From Parcubacteria group bacterium M6-OD1-3 (GTDB lineage Bacteria; Patescibacteriota; Minisyncoccia; Moranbacterales; UBA9337), in contig LSNR01000002.1 of assembly GCA_003056165.1 (NCBI GenBank), forward strand, positions 2,726 through 66,725: 64,000 nucleotides of DNA, in the 5' to 3' direction. Shown piece by piece: positions 29,564-42,159 of the stretch (the first letter of the stretch is position 1; every line of letters begins with the position of its first letter). Position numbers and translations under genes: made by a program. Under the pieces are notes generated by a model that saw only the letters and a list, made by a program, of their open reading frames with translations, had not been told where the DNA came from and did not search any database.

Positions 29564-30445
29564 TTATTCAAAAGATTTTCTAAACTCTTTTTGAGCAGAT
29601 TTAACTTCTGCTTTGAATGTTTCAATTGCCTGTTTTATGGTTTCGTTTTTAGTCTTCGCCAATTCCCTAATTGTCTCGCCAATTTTTTTTGAGTTTTTAA
29701 ATCTCTCCTGATATTTATTTCCAGAGGATTTAATATTTGATCTTAAACTGCTTAGAGTAGTTTTTAATTCTTCATCATCAGTACTATCACTGCAAGCATT
29801 TTTTAATTTCTCGACTCTTTCCGTTTCATTTTTTTCAAATTCCTCCGCCAAACTATTAGCCAAAGATTTTCTCTCCTCAATAGCACTATCTACTCCGCTT
29901 CGCATTGTTTCAATCGCCTGATCGATTGTCGCTCTTCTGATTTTGACCGCCGTTTCAATGCTATTTTTAAATTTTTCTACCGCACTTTTTTGTTCAGTTG
30001 TCTGAGTTTTTGTTTCCAATTTACTATAAAGATTTTCACGCGCTTGGTCTCTTGCTTCTCGTCGCGTTTTCAGTGATTCATCTCTATTATTTCTTTTTTC
30101 ATTTAATTTTCCTTCACCATTATTAAATCGCTCTTTAACTCTTGATTTTTTATTGTTTAATCTTTTCTCTAATCTGCTCGCCATATTTTCCAACTTAGTG
30201 CATATTCTATTTTTTATTTTTTCCGCCTTTTTTTCAAGATTAGCTTCACGCTGAGCTTCTCTTTTTTCAACTCTTTCCTGAATTGCTTTATTTCTTTTTT
30301 GCAAATTAATTGACGCTCTTGATTCGGTCGCCGTAGTAGTGGTGCTTGTTTTCATTGTTGTTTCCACAGCATTTGTTCTTTCCTTTGCAAAAACAAAGGA
30401 AAACAATATTGCAATTAAACTTAAATATAGTATCCTGTTCTTCAT
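29564..30445 (-). CDS. Secreted coiled-coil protein
   Basis: Signal peptide then a K/E/R-rich helical body. Confidence 0.75.
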   Translation of the reverse strand: MKNRILYLSLIAILFSFVFAKERTNAVETTMKTSTTTTATESRASINLQKRNKAIQERVEKREAQREANLEKKAEKIKNRICTKLENMASRLEKRLNNKKSRVKERFNNGEGKLNEKRNNRDESLKTRREARDQARENLYSKLETKTQTTEQKSAVEKFKNSIETAVKIRRATIDQAIETMRSGVDSAIEERKSLANSLAEEFEKNETERVEKLKNACSDSTDDEELKTTLSSLRSNIKSSGNKYQERFKNSKKIGETIRELAKTKNETIKQAIETFKAEVKSAQKEFRKSFE

Positions 30446-30468
30446 ATTTTTATTTTTAACAATTATGT

Positions 30469-30807
30469 TTAATATACTTCTGTATCCGCAGAGCTAAGGT
30501 CTAAGTTTTCGTCAAGATCTTTTACATCATCCAAGCTGTCATTGCTGAAATCTGCTTTATCAGCCTCAATATCAATATTTGTATCAGCTAAATTGGCTTC
30601 TTTTAATTGCTCAATATTATCTTTTTCAGTTACTGTTTTTTGATTATTGCTGTCGTTAGCTTTCTGTGAAGTTATATTTTTTTTAGCTATATTAAAACCA
30701 TTCATTTCACCATCTCTGTTGAAAATACCTCCCGCCATCAAAAAAGCCATTCCGACCAATATGGCAACGATTATAAATATTGCCCAATAATATTTATCAT
30801 TTTTCAT
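30469..30807 (-). CDS. Hypothetical membrane-anchored protein
   Basis: N-terminal TM, acidic tail. Confidence 0.7.
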   Translation of the reverse strand: MKNDKYYWAIFIIVAILVGMAFLMAGGIFNRDGEMNGFNIAKKNITSQKANDSNNQKTVTEKDNIEQLKEANLADTNIDIEADKADFSNDSLDDVKDLDENLDLSSADTEVY

Positions 30808-30986
30808 ATTTTTATTTTTATTTTTAATTATATAAACAAATTTTAATATACTAATAATCTAATCTGGGTTTCTAGATAAAATTTCAAATCATATTTATTA
30901 TGCCACATTTTTAATTATTTTGCAAAATCCCAATTCTGCAAAACCCCACAGAGAGTTATGATGAAAAAATTAAGGAGAAATATCCA

Positions 30987-31946
30987 CTAATCCTTTATCT
31001 TCCGATAAATTTTCTTCACTGCCCAATAGATAATTGCTAAAAATATCACAAAAGGAATCAACGAAGGGACCCCCACTATCAAAAATCTAATTATGCCATC
31101 AATTAAGTTCTGGATATTATTAACTAAATCTTTAAAAGCTATTTTTACTGTTTGCCATGGTCGCCAATTATCGCCAACCGAAGCTATACCTGTATCTTCT
31201 TTTAAGTTTATCGTTATTGTTGACATTTCTGTTTGCGAATTCATATATTTAATCTGCCCTTGCAATCTTTCAATTTCTCCTCGCACTCTGGAAATTTGCT
31301 TTGTTACCGCCAACACATCATCAATTTTTCCAGCTCGATCTAAAATTTTCACAAAACTAATTTCTTCCGCTTGTTTATTTTTCAACCGTATTTGCAAGTC
31401 AGCATATTGTTCTGTTACATCTCTGCCAGTAGTTGATTCATTTACAACCTGAGTTGCTACATTTTTAATTTCAGAAATAGCTTCCGAAAATTTGGACACC
31501 GGAACTTTCACTGTCAAATTTCCTCTTCGCTGGCCTTTAACTCTTTCTTGAAAATTAGTGGAAAAAACTTCTCCCCCCAAATTTTTCACAATCTGACTAA
31601 TTTTCTCTGTCGCCATTTCTACTTTTTCAACTTTTAATGACAAATTTCCATTCTTGATTATTTTCTTATCTACTGCAAATTGCCCATCAGAAAGATTTGA
31701 AGGATCTGCAGTTTGTTTATTAATTCTGGATGCAAGACCGTCACTTTCCATTCTATTTGATGTTCCAGCATATTCAATATCCTCATGCATTTCACCCATC
31801 ATTGGCATTCCTTTCTGAACTACTGGCATTCTGTTTTTAAAAGATCTTCCTGAGAATAAATTGAACACTCCCCATAAAAATAACACACCAACTAGTATCC
31901 CAACCACTTTAAAATACTTTTTTATTTGTTCATTTAAATTAATCAT
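30987..31946 (-). CDS. DUF4349 domain protein
   Basis: KIIKNGNLSLKV, DVTEQYADL, EIERLQG, STITI; TMs at both ends. Confidence 0.85.
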   Translation of the reverse strand: MINLNEQIKKYFKVVGILVGVLFLWGVFNLFSGRSFKNRMPVVQKGMPMMGEMHEDIEYAGTSNRMESDGLASRINKQTADPSNLSDGQFAVDKKIIKNGNLSLKVEKVEMATEKISQIVKNLGGEVFSTNFQERVKGQRRGNLTVKVPVSKFSEAISEIKNVATQVVNESTTGRDVTEQYADLQIRLKNKQAEEISFVKILDRAGKIDDVLAVTKQISRVRGEIERLQGQIKYMNSQTEMSTITINLKEDTGIASVGDNWRPWQTVKIAFKDLVNNIQNLIDGIIRFLIVGVPSLIPFVIFLAIIYWAVKKIYRKIKD

Positions 31947-32025
31947 GAATATTTTTCAAATTATTTATTAATTAGTTTAATTGTACTCCATTTTTCTTCA
32001 TTTTTCAAATAAAAACTTAAAAAAC

Positions 32026-32053
32026 TTCCTGCATTGTAATTACAATACAGGAA
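32026..32053 (-). terminator. Terminator-like hairpin
   Basis: ttcctgcattgtaa/ttacaatacaggaa with U tract on the minus strand. Confidence 0.55.
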
Positions 32054-32058
32054 ATAAA

Positions 32059-32214
32059 TTATTTTTTATTAGCAATAGCTTTTTTTGACAAGCTAATCAA
32101 TAAAGCTGTTGCTGACACTTTAGATATTTTAGAGGAATATACGCATATCTTACGAATGCCAATATATATCGGCCTAATTTCCCCAACCTTGTCTTTTTGC
32201 TTAATTAAAGTCAT
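32059..32214 (-). CDS. Small basic hypothetical protein (51 aa)
   Basis: Manual translation MTLIKQKDKVGEIRPIYIG...; SD AAGGAGG; followed by a terminator. Confidence 0.5.
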   Translation of the reverse strand: MTLIKQKDKVGEIRPIYIGIRKICVYSSKISKVSATALLISLSKKAIANKK

Positions 32215-32300
32215 AAACAATCCTCCTTCATATTATGAGTTTAACTACAAAAAATTATATTTCTATTTTTTGTAATCATATTGATAGCAATATAATGTAT

Positions 32301-32720
32301 CTACAATCCTTTTCTTTTCATATACCTTTTAGCCACTTTTATTCTATTCAGTTCTCGCTCCAAAGATGCCGCCACAAAGGCATAATCAGTATCATCAGCT
32401 GAAATTTTTTGCGATTTCAAATCTTCTGCTTTCTGTCGAGCTTTTTCAGCTTCTTTTAAATCAATTTCTTCCGCTCGCTCCGCTGTATCTGCCAAAACCG
32501 TTAACTCGTTATTGTGAAATTCAATAAAACCACCAGAAATTGCTAAGTCAACTTCTTCTTCACCTTTTTTTAAAATAGCCTCTCCCAATTTTAAAGCGGA
32601 AATATATGAGCGATGATTTGGCAAAATTGTTATTTCACCATCAATAGTCGGCAAAGTAATTTGCGATATCTCGTCTTCATAAACAACTTTTTCTGGAGTA
32701 ATAATTTTTAATTTAATCAT
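32301..32720 (-). CDS. atpC: ATP synthase F1 epsilon
   Basis: LKIITPE, GEITILPNH, GGFIE; likely start MIKLK at 32720. Confidence 0.95.
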   Translation of the reverse strand: MIKLKIITPEKVVYEDEISQITLPTIDGEITILPNHRSYISALKLGEAILKKGEEEVDLAISGGFIEFHNNELTVLADTAERAEEIDLKEAEKARQKAEDLKSQKISADDTDYAFVAASLERELNRIKVAKRYMKRKGL

Positions 32721-32729
32721 AGGTTTTAA

Positions 32730-32830
32730 TTTAGAATTTTTAATTTTCAATTTTGATTGAAATTCTAACTATCTAATTTATCATTCATTGTTGATAAAAT
32801 CTCTTTAGCTTCATTTTTTTAGTTTCATCT
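32730..32830. mobile_element. Remnant of a four-helix-bundle element (one end plus gene 3' fragments)
   Basis: tagaattt...aattttgattgaaatt, cattgttgataaaat and tagcttcat..ttttttagtttcatc match the 36497-36650 region. Confidence 0.6.
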
Positions 32831-32843
32831 ATTTATCATCAGT

Positions 32844-33333
32844 TGTCATCCTGGAAGTTAGAAATTCTTAAACGAACTTTGTCTGCCGATAGGCAGGCGA
32901 AGTGAGTTTGTAGAATTTCAACTATCTGGGATCTCAATAAAATTGCGCTAAACTTTACAAATTAATATATAAATCCTTCCATTCTGAATTTTCTTTTTCA
33001 ATTAATTCTATTTTCCATTTTCTCCTAAATCTTTTCAGCTTCTTTTCTCTTTCTATAGCACTAATTATATTCTCTGTTTGTTCATAGTATACTAGCTTAT
33101 CTAGGTTATATTTTTTCGTAAATCCATCTATATGTTTTTGCCTATGTTGCCAAATTCTCCGTTGCAAATTTCCAGTCACGCCAATATATAATACTCCTCT
33201 TTTTTTATTGGTGACAATGTAGATGCAATACTGTCGCATATTTTAGTTTTTTTATTTTTACTGAGATCCCGGACAAACTATTTTTCTATTACTCGCTTCG
33301 CTCATAATGAAAAATATGTTTTCCAGGATGACA
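32844..33333. mobile_element. Palindrome-flanked GIY-YIG element between atpD and atpC
   Basis: 13-bp perfect IR tgtcatcctggaa/ttccaggatgaca; inner IR gggatctca/tgagatccc. Confidence 0.75.
32955..33239 (-). CDS. GIY-YIG nuclease family protein
   Basis: CIYIVTN...LYIGVT..L.RR..QH, AIEREKKLK, W.DL. Confidence 0.92.
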   Translation of the reverse strand: MRQYCIYIVTNKKRGVLYIGVTGNLQRRIWQHRQKHIDGFTKKYNLDKLVYYEQTENIISAIEREKKLKRFRRKWKIELIEKENSEWKDLYINL

Positions 33334-33340
33334 TAAAAAA

Positions 33341-34732
<1,392 letters not shown>

Positions 34733-34868
34733 TTAATTTATAATTTAAAGTTTTTTTACAATCTCCAATTTACAATCTATTTTCATAAATTGTAAATCTT
34801 GAATTATAAAATATTATTTTTTAACCCCGTTCTACAATTTGATTTATTCATATCCAAATCACCAATTC

Positions 34869-35455
34869 TTATCCCTCGTTAATAAATGGATTATTTCCCT
34901 CAAATAATATTTCCCTCACTTCATTGTTGATAAACCTTTCTGACACTCCATATTTTTGACTATATAATATACTAACTGGACCAAAAATTGCCTCATTATA
35001 GTTGAATCCCATTTTTTTACTAACTTTTTTTACAACTTTCTCCGACTTTCCTTCAATTTCTACAAACGGTTCTAAAAATGGCCATTCGTCAATCATAATT
35101 TCTACACCATCTACTTTCCAAATTTCTCGTCTAGTTTCCTGGTATGATTTTTTTTGACAGCCGATTGCTTTTAAAAATAATTCTGCTTGCTTGTAATTAT
35201 CAACTTCCAGTTCTATCTCTTTCTGACCTTTGATATCAGATTGATTATCAATGGATTTAAAAGTCAAAGTTATTTTTTCATTTTCATCTCTAACTCTCAG
35301 CCAACTTTTTTTAACTTTACAATCTTGTGGAGGTCGCCAAGTGCTTCTTTTTTGTAAAAATTCTTTTTTTATTAATTCCGCTCCAATTTCTTTTAATTTA
35401 ATCCCAATATCGTCTTTATTAATATTTTTAAATGTTGCCTCAATTCAATATTCAT
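34869..35455 (-). pseudogene. CYTH domain protein (class IV adenylate cyclase-like) with a frameshift near codon 5
   Basis: ATG at 35455 gives MNIE, then a shifted frame EATFKNINKDD...WLRVRDE...ETRREIW...EIEG. Confidence 0.75.
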
Positions 35456-35526
35456 ATTATTAACTTTCATATATTAGTTTCCAATTTCAGACAAATTTAT
35501 TAAATATTTATTTATAACTCATAATT

Positions 35527-36483
35527 TTATTCTAATGCGGCGCGACCAGCGGAAATTTCTGCTATTTCTTGAGTAATTTTTGTTTGCCTAATCTGATTAT
35601 ACGCCAATGTCAAACCCTCTGCCATATCATTAGCCGCATCAGTTGCACTCCGCATCGCCATCATTCGTGCTGATTCTTTAGAAGCATTTGACTCCAGAAT
35701 AGCGTGATAAATTTGCATTTCAATCAAACGAGGAATAATATGTGTTAAAACTTTTTTAGGACTTGGCTCCACCTTATATTCCATTTGCGGTTCATTTAAT
35801 CCATATTCTTTAGCTAGATTATCCATCTCCGCAATTTGCTTTTCTAAATCAATTTTGGAAACTGGTAGCAATTGTCTAATTTTCGGCTCTTGTGTCATTG
35901 TTGAAATATAATCAGTATAAGCGATAACAACTTTATCATATTTTTTTTCCAAATAGTCATCTATCACTATTTTTGATACAGGACGAACGCCTTCAATTTT
36001 TGGAAGATAAGTTAATTCGGGAAAAGTAGCAACAATTTCTTTGCCCAATTTTCGCACCAAATTTTCACCCTTCTTACCGACTGTGATAAAATCAATTTTC
36101 AAGTCTTTGTCAGCAATATCTGATTCTATTTTTTGCACACCAATTCTGTTTACTTTTAAACTAGCCGGTTTTGTAATTTCATTCTTAATTTTTTTAATAA
36201 TTTGGGCATTAAAAGAGCCACATAAACCACGATTGGAAGTAATGGCAATCACCAAAACTTTTTTAACCGGTCGCACTGCTAATAATCCATGTTCATATTT
36301 TTCAAAAGCTCTTGCCAAATTAGTTAAGACACTCCAAGCACTGTGTGCATATTCACGAATTTTCAAAACACTTTCTGTCGATTTACGCATTTTTGCAGCC
36401 GAAACCATCTCCATTGCTCGAGTTATTTTTGCCGTATTATTTATCGACTTTATCCGCCGATTTATATCTTTTAAATTAGTCAT
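35527..36483 (-). CDS. atpG: ATP synthase F1 gamma
   Basis: KITRAMEMVSAAK, RGLCGSFN, RQTKITQEIAEI. Confidence 0.98.
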   Translation of the reverse strand: MTNLKDINRRIKSINNTAKITRAMEMVSAAKMRKSTESVLKIREYAHSAWSVLTNLARAFEKYEHGLLAVRPVKKVLVIAITSNRGLCGSFNAQIIKKIKNEITKPASLKVNRIGVQKIESDIADKDLKIDFITVGKKGENLVRKLGKEIVATFPELTYLPKIEGVRPVSKIVIDDYLEKKYDKVVIAYTDYISTMTQEPKIRQLLPVSKIDLEKQIAEMDNLAKEYGLNEPQMEYKVEPSPKKVLTHIIPRLIEMQIYHAILESNASKESARMMAMRSATDAANDMAEGLTLAYNQIRQTKITQEIAEISAGRAALE

Positions 36484-36499
36484 TTTTAATTTAATTTAG

Positions 36500-36959
36500 A
36501 ATTTCCAATTTCGAATTTTGATTGAAATTCCAATTATTTAATTCATTATTTCTTGTCCTTTTTCATTGTTGATAAAATTTTTCCAAATATCAATGTTAAT
36601 TCTTGTGCTTCATTCCAAATCTTTCTAGCTTCATCTTTTTTAGTTTCATCAGCGGTAGAAATCATTCTCAACCAATGTTTAGTTTCTTGAATTTCCTTCT
36701 TACAAATATGAATTTTATTTCTAAAATCTTTTTTTGAACTAGCTCCGTTAGCTTCCATGTAATTAGCTCCAACACTAGTAGCTGAACGAACTATTTGTGA
36801 TATTAATGGGTGCATTACAATATCCTTCTTAATTGTCCTACAAAAAATAATTACACTTTCTTCAAATTTAGCTGTCCGTTCTTCTAAATCAAAATTTTTA
36901 GACATCTATTTCAAAATTAATTCATTAAAGCATTCAATCAAAATTGGAAATTGGAAATT
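36500..36959. mobile_element. Four-helix-bundle element with 27-bp inverted repeats
   Basis: aatttccaatttcgaattttgattgaa vs ttcaatcaaaattggaaattggaaatt (26/27 match). Confidence 0.7.
36546..36905 (-). CDS. Four helix bundle protein (23S rRNA intervening-sequence protein family)
   Basis: DLEERT, QIVRSATSVGANYMEA, SKKDF, KEIQETKHWL. Confidence 0.92.
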   Translation of the reverse strand: MSKNFDLEERTAKFEESVIIFCRTIKKDIVMHPLISQIVRSATSVGANYMEANGASSKKDFRNKIHICKKEIQETKHWLRMISTADETKKDEARKIWNEAQELTLIFGKILSTMKKDKK

Positions 36960-36969
36960 AATCTACATC

Positions 36970-38460
36970 TTAAATCGTAAAATTGGTTATCGCTTTTTTC
37001 AATTTCGCCTCCATTCCCTCGCTCAACTCTCCACTCTCACGAATTTTATCCAAAACATCTTGGTGCATTGATTTCATATATTTGTGAAACTTCATTTCCC
37101 ACTCTGTAATTTTTTCTACATCTATTTCATCCATAAATCCATTTGTCAAAGCATACAAAATTGCTACTTGATTTTCTACTACTAATGGAGCATATTGTTT
37201 CTGTTTTAAAATTTCCACCGTTCGCTTTCCTCTTTCAATCTGTGCTCGAGTTTTTTCATCCAAGTCTGAACCAAATTGAGCGAAAGCTTCCAGCTCTCTA
37301 AACTGTGCCAAATCCAATCTGATTTTTCCAGCTACTTTTTTCATAGCTTTGATTTGTGCTGCTGACCCTACTCGCGAAACAGAAAGCCCCGCGTTAATTG
37401 CTGGCTTAATTCCTTTATTAAATAAATCTGTTTCCAAAAATATTTGTCCATCTGTAATAGAAATAACATTGGTCGGAATATAAGCGGAAACATCTCCAGC
37501 TTGCGTTTCAATAATTGGCAAAGCAGTAATTGAACCACCACCAAATTTTTCATCCAATTTTGCGCTTCGCTCTAATAAACGAGAATGCAAATAGAAAACA
37601 TCTCCAGGATAAGCCTCTCGTCCCGGTGGTCTTTTTAGAATTAAGGAAATTTGTCGATAAGCCCAAGCATGTTTACTTAAATCATCGTGAATTACTAAAA
37701 CATCTTTTCCTTGATCCATAAAATATTCAGCAATCGCTGTACCTGTGTATGGGGCAATATAAGAAAATGCTGCTGCCTCTGATGCTCCAGCAATCACTAC
37801 AATCGTGTGCTCCATTGCTCCAGCTTTTTCCAACTCCGCCACAATTCTAGCAACTTTTGATTCCTTCTGACCAATCGCCACATAAATACAAATCATATCT
37901 TGCCCTTTTTGATTGATAATTGTATCAACGGCAATGGCAGTTTTTCCAGTTTGACGGTCACCAATAATCAACTCTCTTTGTCCTCGTCCAACTGGAATCA
38001 TTGAGTCAATTGCTTTAATTCCCGTTTGCACCGGTTGATGAACTGATTTTCGTTCGATTACACCTGGCGCAATTTTTTCAATTGGATAAAATTTTTCTGA
38101 TTTTATTTCTCCTTTAGCATCAATCGCTTGCCCTAATGGATTTATAACTCTTCCAATCATTTTTTCTGAGACTGGCACTGAAAGAATTTTTCCAGTAGAT
38201 TTCACTTCATCACCCTCTTTAATTCCCTTATAATCTCCCAGAATCATCACACCAACTTGATCCTCTTCTAAATTCAAAGCTACACCCATTGTTCCATCTG
38301 AGAATTCTAACATTTCCGATGCCATAGCATCATCCAATCCTTCCACGCGTGCTACACCATCACCCACTTCTAAGACCTTTCCGACTTTTTCGGTTTTGGT
38401 TTCGGTTTCAAAACCGGCAATTTGCTTTTTTAATTGTTCTACAATGTAATCTTTTGACAT
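36970..38460 (-). CDS. atpA: ATP synthase F1 alpha
   Basis: [29 protein letters not shown]. Confidence 0.99.
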   Translation of the reverse strand: MSKDYIVEQLKKQIAGFETETKTEKVGKVLEVGDGVARVEGLDDAMASEMLEFSDGTMGVALNLEEDQVGVMILGDYKGIKEGDEVKSTGKILSVPVSEKMIGRVINPLGQAIDAKGEIKSEKFYPIEKIAPGVIERKSVHQPVQTGIKAIDSMIPVGRGQRELIIGDRQTGKTAIAVDTIINQKGQDMICIYVAIGQKESKVARIVAELEKAGAMEHTIVVIAGASEAAAFSYIAPYTGTAIAEYFMDQGKDVLVIHDDLSKHAWAYRQISLILKRPPGREAYPGDVFYLHSRLLERSAKLDEKFGGGSITALPIIETQAGDVSAYIPTNVISITDGQIFLETDLFNKGIKPAINAGLSVSRVGSAAQIKAMKKVAGKIRLDLAQFRELEAFAQFGSDLDEKTRAQIERGKRTVEILKQKQYAPLVVENQVAILYALTNGFMDEIDVEKITEWEMKFHKYMKSMHQDVLDKIRESGELSEGMEAKLKKAITNFTI

Positions 38461-38484
38461 AAATTTTTCAATTATTAATTTAGC

Positions 38485-38568
38485 ATTTTGAATTTTGATT
38501 GAATGATTTAATGTTAAAATTTTTAATTAAAACATTAAATAACTAAGCTTTCAATCAAAATTCAAAAT
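38485..38568. repeat. Empty (gene-less) four-helix-type inverted repeat element
   Basis: Perfect 19-bp IR attttgaattttgattgaa/ttcaatcaaaattcaaaat. Confidence 0.7.
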
Positions 38569-38586
38569 TTAATCCACAATTTATAA

Positions 38587-38988
38587 TTATTTTACCATCG
38601 CTTTTCTCAATTCCCGCAACTGTCTACTCACGCTTCCATCCAAAACCTCATCGCCAACCTTGATAATAACTCCACCTTTAATATTTTTATCTACTTTATT
38701 CTTTAAATGTACCTCCTTCGCTTGATATTTATTTTTTACAAATTCCTTAGTTTCATTTTGCAAACTTTCACTCAATTCTCGACGACTAATAACTTCCGCC
38801 TCCACAATCCCATTTTCTTTGTTCCAAATTTCCGAAAACTTTTTCACAATATCCGACAACAAATTTAACTGCCGATTTTTCTTCAATAGCTCCGCCAACT
38901 TTTTAATCACACCATCAACCTCACTCTCACTCTTTTTCTGAGTCAGCTCAAATAATGTCTGCGCATATTGTTTACTTGTTATTTTCAT
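38587..38988 (-). CDS. atpH: ATP synthase F1 delta (short form)
   Basis: YAQTL; IKGGVIIKVGDEVLDGSV. Confidence 0.93.
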   Translation of the reverse strand: MKITSKQYAQTLFELTQKKSESEVDGVIKKLAELLKKNRQLNLLSDIVKKFSEIWNKENGIVEAEVISRRELSESLQNETKEFVKNKYQAKEVHLKNKVDKNIKGGVIIKVGDEVLDGSVSRQLRELRKAMVK

Positions 38989-39002
38989 AAATATAGTCAG
39001 TG

Positions 39003-39157
39003 TGTCATTCTGGAAAACATATTTTTCATCGTGAGCTTGCGAACGATAGAAAAATAGTTTATCCGGAATCTACCCTTTAATATATATCACAAATTATCAT
39101 ATAAATCCTTCTATTTTGGATTTTCTTTTTCAATTAATTCTATTTTTCAGGATGACA
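39003..39157. mobile_element. Internally deleted derivative of the GIY-YIG element
   Basis: 39003-39071 matches the reverse complement of 33262-33333; 39099-39146 matches the GIY-YIG 3' end (32967-33015); ends with caggatgaca. Confidence 0.75.
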
Positions 39158-39201
39158 ACTGGGATTACTTTATTTTATCCAAATTTTCAAATTAAATCCA
39201 A

Positions 39202-39693
39202 TCACTGTTTATTGACCATTGATTCTATTATCTCTTTGTCCTTTCCCTCATTAATTTTCTCGCCAACAATTTTATCCGTTGCCAAAGCCACTAAATCAAT
39301 TACTTCTGCTTTTACTTCTGTCAACATTTTCTGCTTTTCTTCTCTAATATTTTTTTTAGCATCACTAACTAATTTTTCCACTTTTTGTTTAGATTCAATA
39401 ATGATACCCTCACCACTCTTTTTTGCTTGCTCTTCAGCTTTTCCAATAATCCTTTGCGCCTCTTGCCTCGCTTTTTTTAAAACCTTCTTTTCTTTTTCCT
39501 CAATTTCTGTCAATTTTTTTTGTGATTTTTCCGCATCCTTTAATCCTTTTTCTATTTTATCTTTTCGTTCCTCAAGCACTTCTAAAACAGGCTTGTAAGC
39601 AAATTTTTTCAATACCCAAAGCAACACAAAAAAATTCACAATTTGCGCTAATAATAATTTTCCATTAATACCTAAATTTTGTAATAAATCCAT
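39202..39693 (-). CDS. atpF: ATP synthase Fo b subunit
   Basis: AQIVNFFVLLWVLKKFAYKP, coiled coil; likely start MDLLQ at 39693. Confidence 0.95.
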   Translation of the reverse strand: MDLLQNLGINGKLLLAQIVNFFVLLWVLKKFAYKPVLEVLEERKDKIEKGLKDAEKSQKKLTEIEEKEKKVLKKARQEAQRIIGKAEEQAKKSGEGIIIESKQKVEKLVSDAKKNIREEKQKMLTEVKAEVIDLVALATDKIVGEKINEGKDKEIIESMVNKQ

Positions 39694-39812
39694 ATTTTCA
39701 AATTTTAATTTGTTATTCTCAAACCGCAAACATTTATACAAACCTACAGACATAAATTCGTAGATTTGTATTTAATTTGTAGTTTCCCGCCATAGGCGGA
39801 TAGGCGTAGTGA

Positions 39813-40088
<276 letters not shown>

Positions 40089-40098
40089 TTATTAACTA

Positions 40099-40152
40099 TT
40101 AATTATAAATTATGAATTATTAAATATTTAATAATTCATAATTTATAATTAA
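40099..40152. repeat. 54-bp perfect AT-rich palindrome between atpB and atpE
   Basis: ttaattataaattatgaattattaaat|atttaataattcataatttataattaa. Confidence 0.85.
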
Positions 40153-40153
40153 A

Positions 40154-40915
40154 CTAATGTGCTTCTGTTGCCATCTTGAAAAATACTAGCGTTAACATTG
40201 AAAAAACCATCGCTTGAATAAATCCTACAAAAATCTCTAACATCAAAAATGGTAATGGTATAAAATATGGGACTAACATCAACATCACCGTCAATAAAAC
40301 TTCTCCAGCAAAAATATTTCCAAACAAACGAAAGGAAAATGATACTACTTTGGCAAATTCTGAAATTATTTCCAATAATCCAACAAATGTTCCGATAAAA
40401 TAAGGTTTTTTAAACGGATTAACTAAAAATTTTCCAGAATATTTTTTAAATCCCAAAGCAGAAACACCCATTATTTGAGCAGTAATAACCGCAATCAACG
40501 CTATTGCCAAAGTCATATTAAGATCTGCACTATTGCTTCTAATAAAAGGAATTAATTCTGTCTCTCCATTGTGAATTTTATTTACACCGATTGTTCCCAA
40601 CCCTGGTATTAGTTCAATCCAATTTGACATTATAATGAAAATAAAAATTGTAGCTATATATGGAAAAAACTTTTTACTTTGTGTTCTGTCACCAGTAATA
40701 CTGTCAACTAATTCCAGCAATGCCTCTACTATATATTCTAGAATATTGTGCAGTCCCTTAGGCTTGTGTTTTGTTTTTGATTCTTTTGTTTTTTTATTCA
40801 AAAAAAATGAACTAGTTATAATTATACTACTTATAATTATAGTCATCAAAAAAGTATTAGTAATAGGAAATCCCCCAATCGTAGTTATTAATTCTGGAGT
40901 TAATGAAATTTGCAT
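40154..40915 (-). CDS. atpB: ATP synthase Fo a subunit
   Basis: SFRLFGNIFAGE, FIQAMVF. Confidence 0.97.
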   Translation of the reverse strand: MQISLTPELITTIGGFPITNTFLMTIIISSIIITSSFFLNKKTKESKTKHKPKGLHNILEYIVEALLELVDSITGDRTQSKKFFPYIATIFIFIIMSNWIELIPGLGTIGVNKIHNGETELIPFIRSNSADLNMTLAIALIAVITAQIMGVSALGFKKYSGKFLVNPFKKPYFIGTFVGLLEIISEFAKVVSFSFRLFGNIFAGEVLLTVMLMLVPYFIPLPFLMLEIFVGFIQAMVFSMLTLVFFKMATEAH

Positions 40916-40947
40916 ACTTTATTATAAACTTTATAATCAATATTAAT

Positions 40948-41211
40948 TTATATCTCGTTAATAATTTTTACCATCTTTTTATAAATCAACCAGCTGGTTA
41001 ACACTACTGAAATAAAGATACCTAGCAATAAAAACCACGGGGCACTATCTAACTTTTTATCTAACAATTTTCCACCTAACGCCAATAATACAATTGGAAT
41101 AGCAATAGTGTAACCCAACTCCATCGCCAAAGAAAAAACAGACCACTGTCCATCTATACTATTATTTTTCATTTTAATACAAAAACTAATTTTGTTTACT
41201 ACTAAACACAC
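40948..41211 (-). CDS. AtpZ/AtpI family protein (start may be at the internal Met)
   Basis: LGYTIAIP, G..LDKKL...PW; first gene of the atp operon. Confidence 0.8.
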   Translation of the reverse strand: MCLVVNKISFCIKMKNNSIDGQWSVFSLAMELGYTIAIPIVLLALGGKLLDKKLDSAPWFLLLGIFISVVLTSWLIYKKMVKIINEI

Positions 41212-41255
41212 CTATTATATCCAAAGCACTTATAAAAGTCAACTAAAATTTATTT

Positions 41256-42071
41256 TTATAAAGTAAACAATTTTCTAGCATTGTCAGTTGTTTGCTTCTC
41301 GACTTCTTTGATGTCAATTTTTAAAACATCTGCAATTTTTTTTGCCGTATATCTAACATTAATTGGTTCATTGCGACTATATCTCTCCAATGGTGATGGC
41401 GTTAAATATGGAGCATCTGTTTCTAGTATAATGTTTTTCAATCCAATTTCTTTTATTAATTTATCATAGCTTTCCGTATAAGTAACAATTCCATTTAAAC
41501 CAATTTTAAAACCCAGCTCAATAAACTTTTCCGCTGTTTTATAATTGCCAATAAAACTATGCACTACCCCTCTTCTTTTTACCAAGTTTTCTTTTAATAT
41601 TTCTAATAAATCATTGTACGCATCCCAACAATGTATAGCTATTGGTTTTTTTACTTCATTAGCAAGTCTGATGAATTCCTTAAAAACTTCTTTTTGTTTT
41701 TTCTTAATCTTCAATATTTCTTCTTCACCAAGCTTCTTATCGAAATGATGATAATCTAATCCCACTTCCCCAATTGCCACTACTTTTTTATTTTGTGCTA
41801 ATTGTAAATACTTTTTATAATTAAGTTTTTCAATATAATTTTCTTCGGGTAAAACATTTGGCGAATTAAAAAGATGGATTGGATGCAAACCTACTACCGC
41901 CCAAACTCCACTAGTATATTTTTCCGCATATTCAATTGCCCGCTGACTGGTTCGCCATTCTGCACCAACATTAATAAGCTGGACATCATTTTCTAGTGTC
42001 CGCTTAATCACCATATCTGCATCTTCTTTAAAATCCTTAAAATTTAAATGACAATGTGTGTCTATTAGCAT
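41256..42071 (-). CDS. tatD: TatD family hydrolase
   Basis: IDTHCH, GLHP, IGEVGLDY, ETDAPYL. Confidence 0.95.
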   Translation of the reverse strand: MLIDTHCHLNFKDFKEDADMVIKRTLENDVQLINVGAEWRTSQRAIEYAEKYTSGVWAVVGLHPIHLFNSPNVLPEENYIEKLNYKKYLQLAQNKKVVAIGEVGLDYHHFDKKLGEEEILKIKKKQKEVFKEFIRLANEVKKPIAIHCWDAYNDLLEILKENLVKRRGVVHSFIGNYKTAEKFIELGFKIGLNGIVTYTESYDKLIKEIGLKNIILETDAPYLTPSPLERYSRNEPINVRYTAKKIADVLKIDIKEVEKQTTDNARKLFTL

Positions 42072-42159
42072 AGCTTATTGTTTTATATACTTATTTTACT
42101 TATAATTAAAATACTTCTGACTTTAATACTAACTTATAATCTTATAACACACAAAAAAT

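Noticed and set aside
38587-38988. Truncated atpH as a pseudogene
   Set aside because: The frame is open and both terminal motifs are present; treated as a compact delta subunit.
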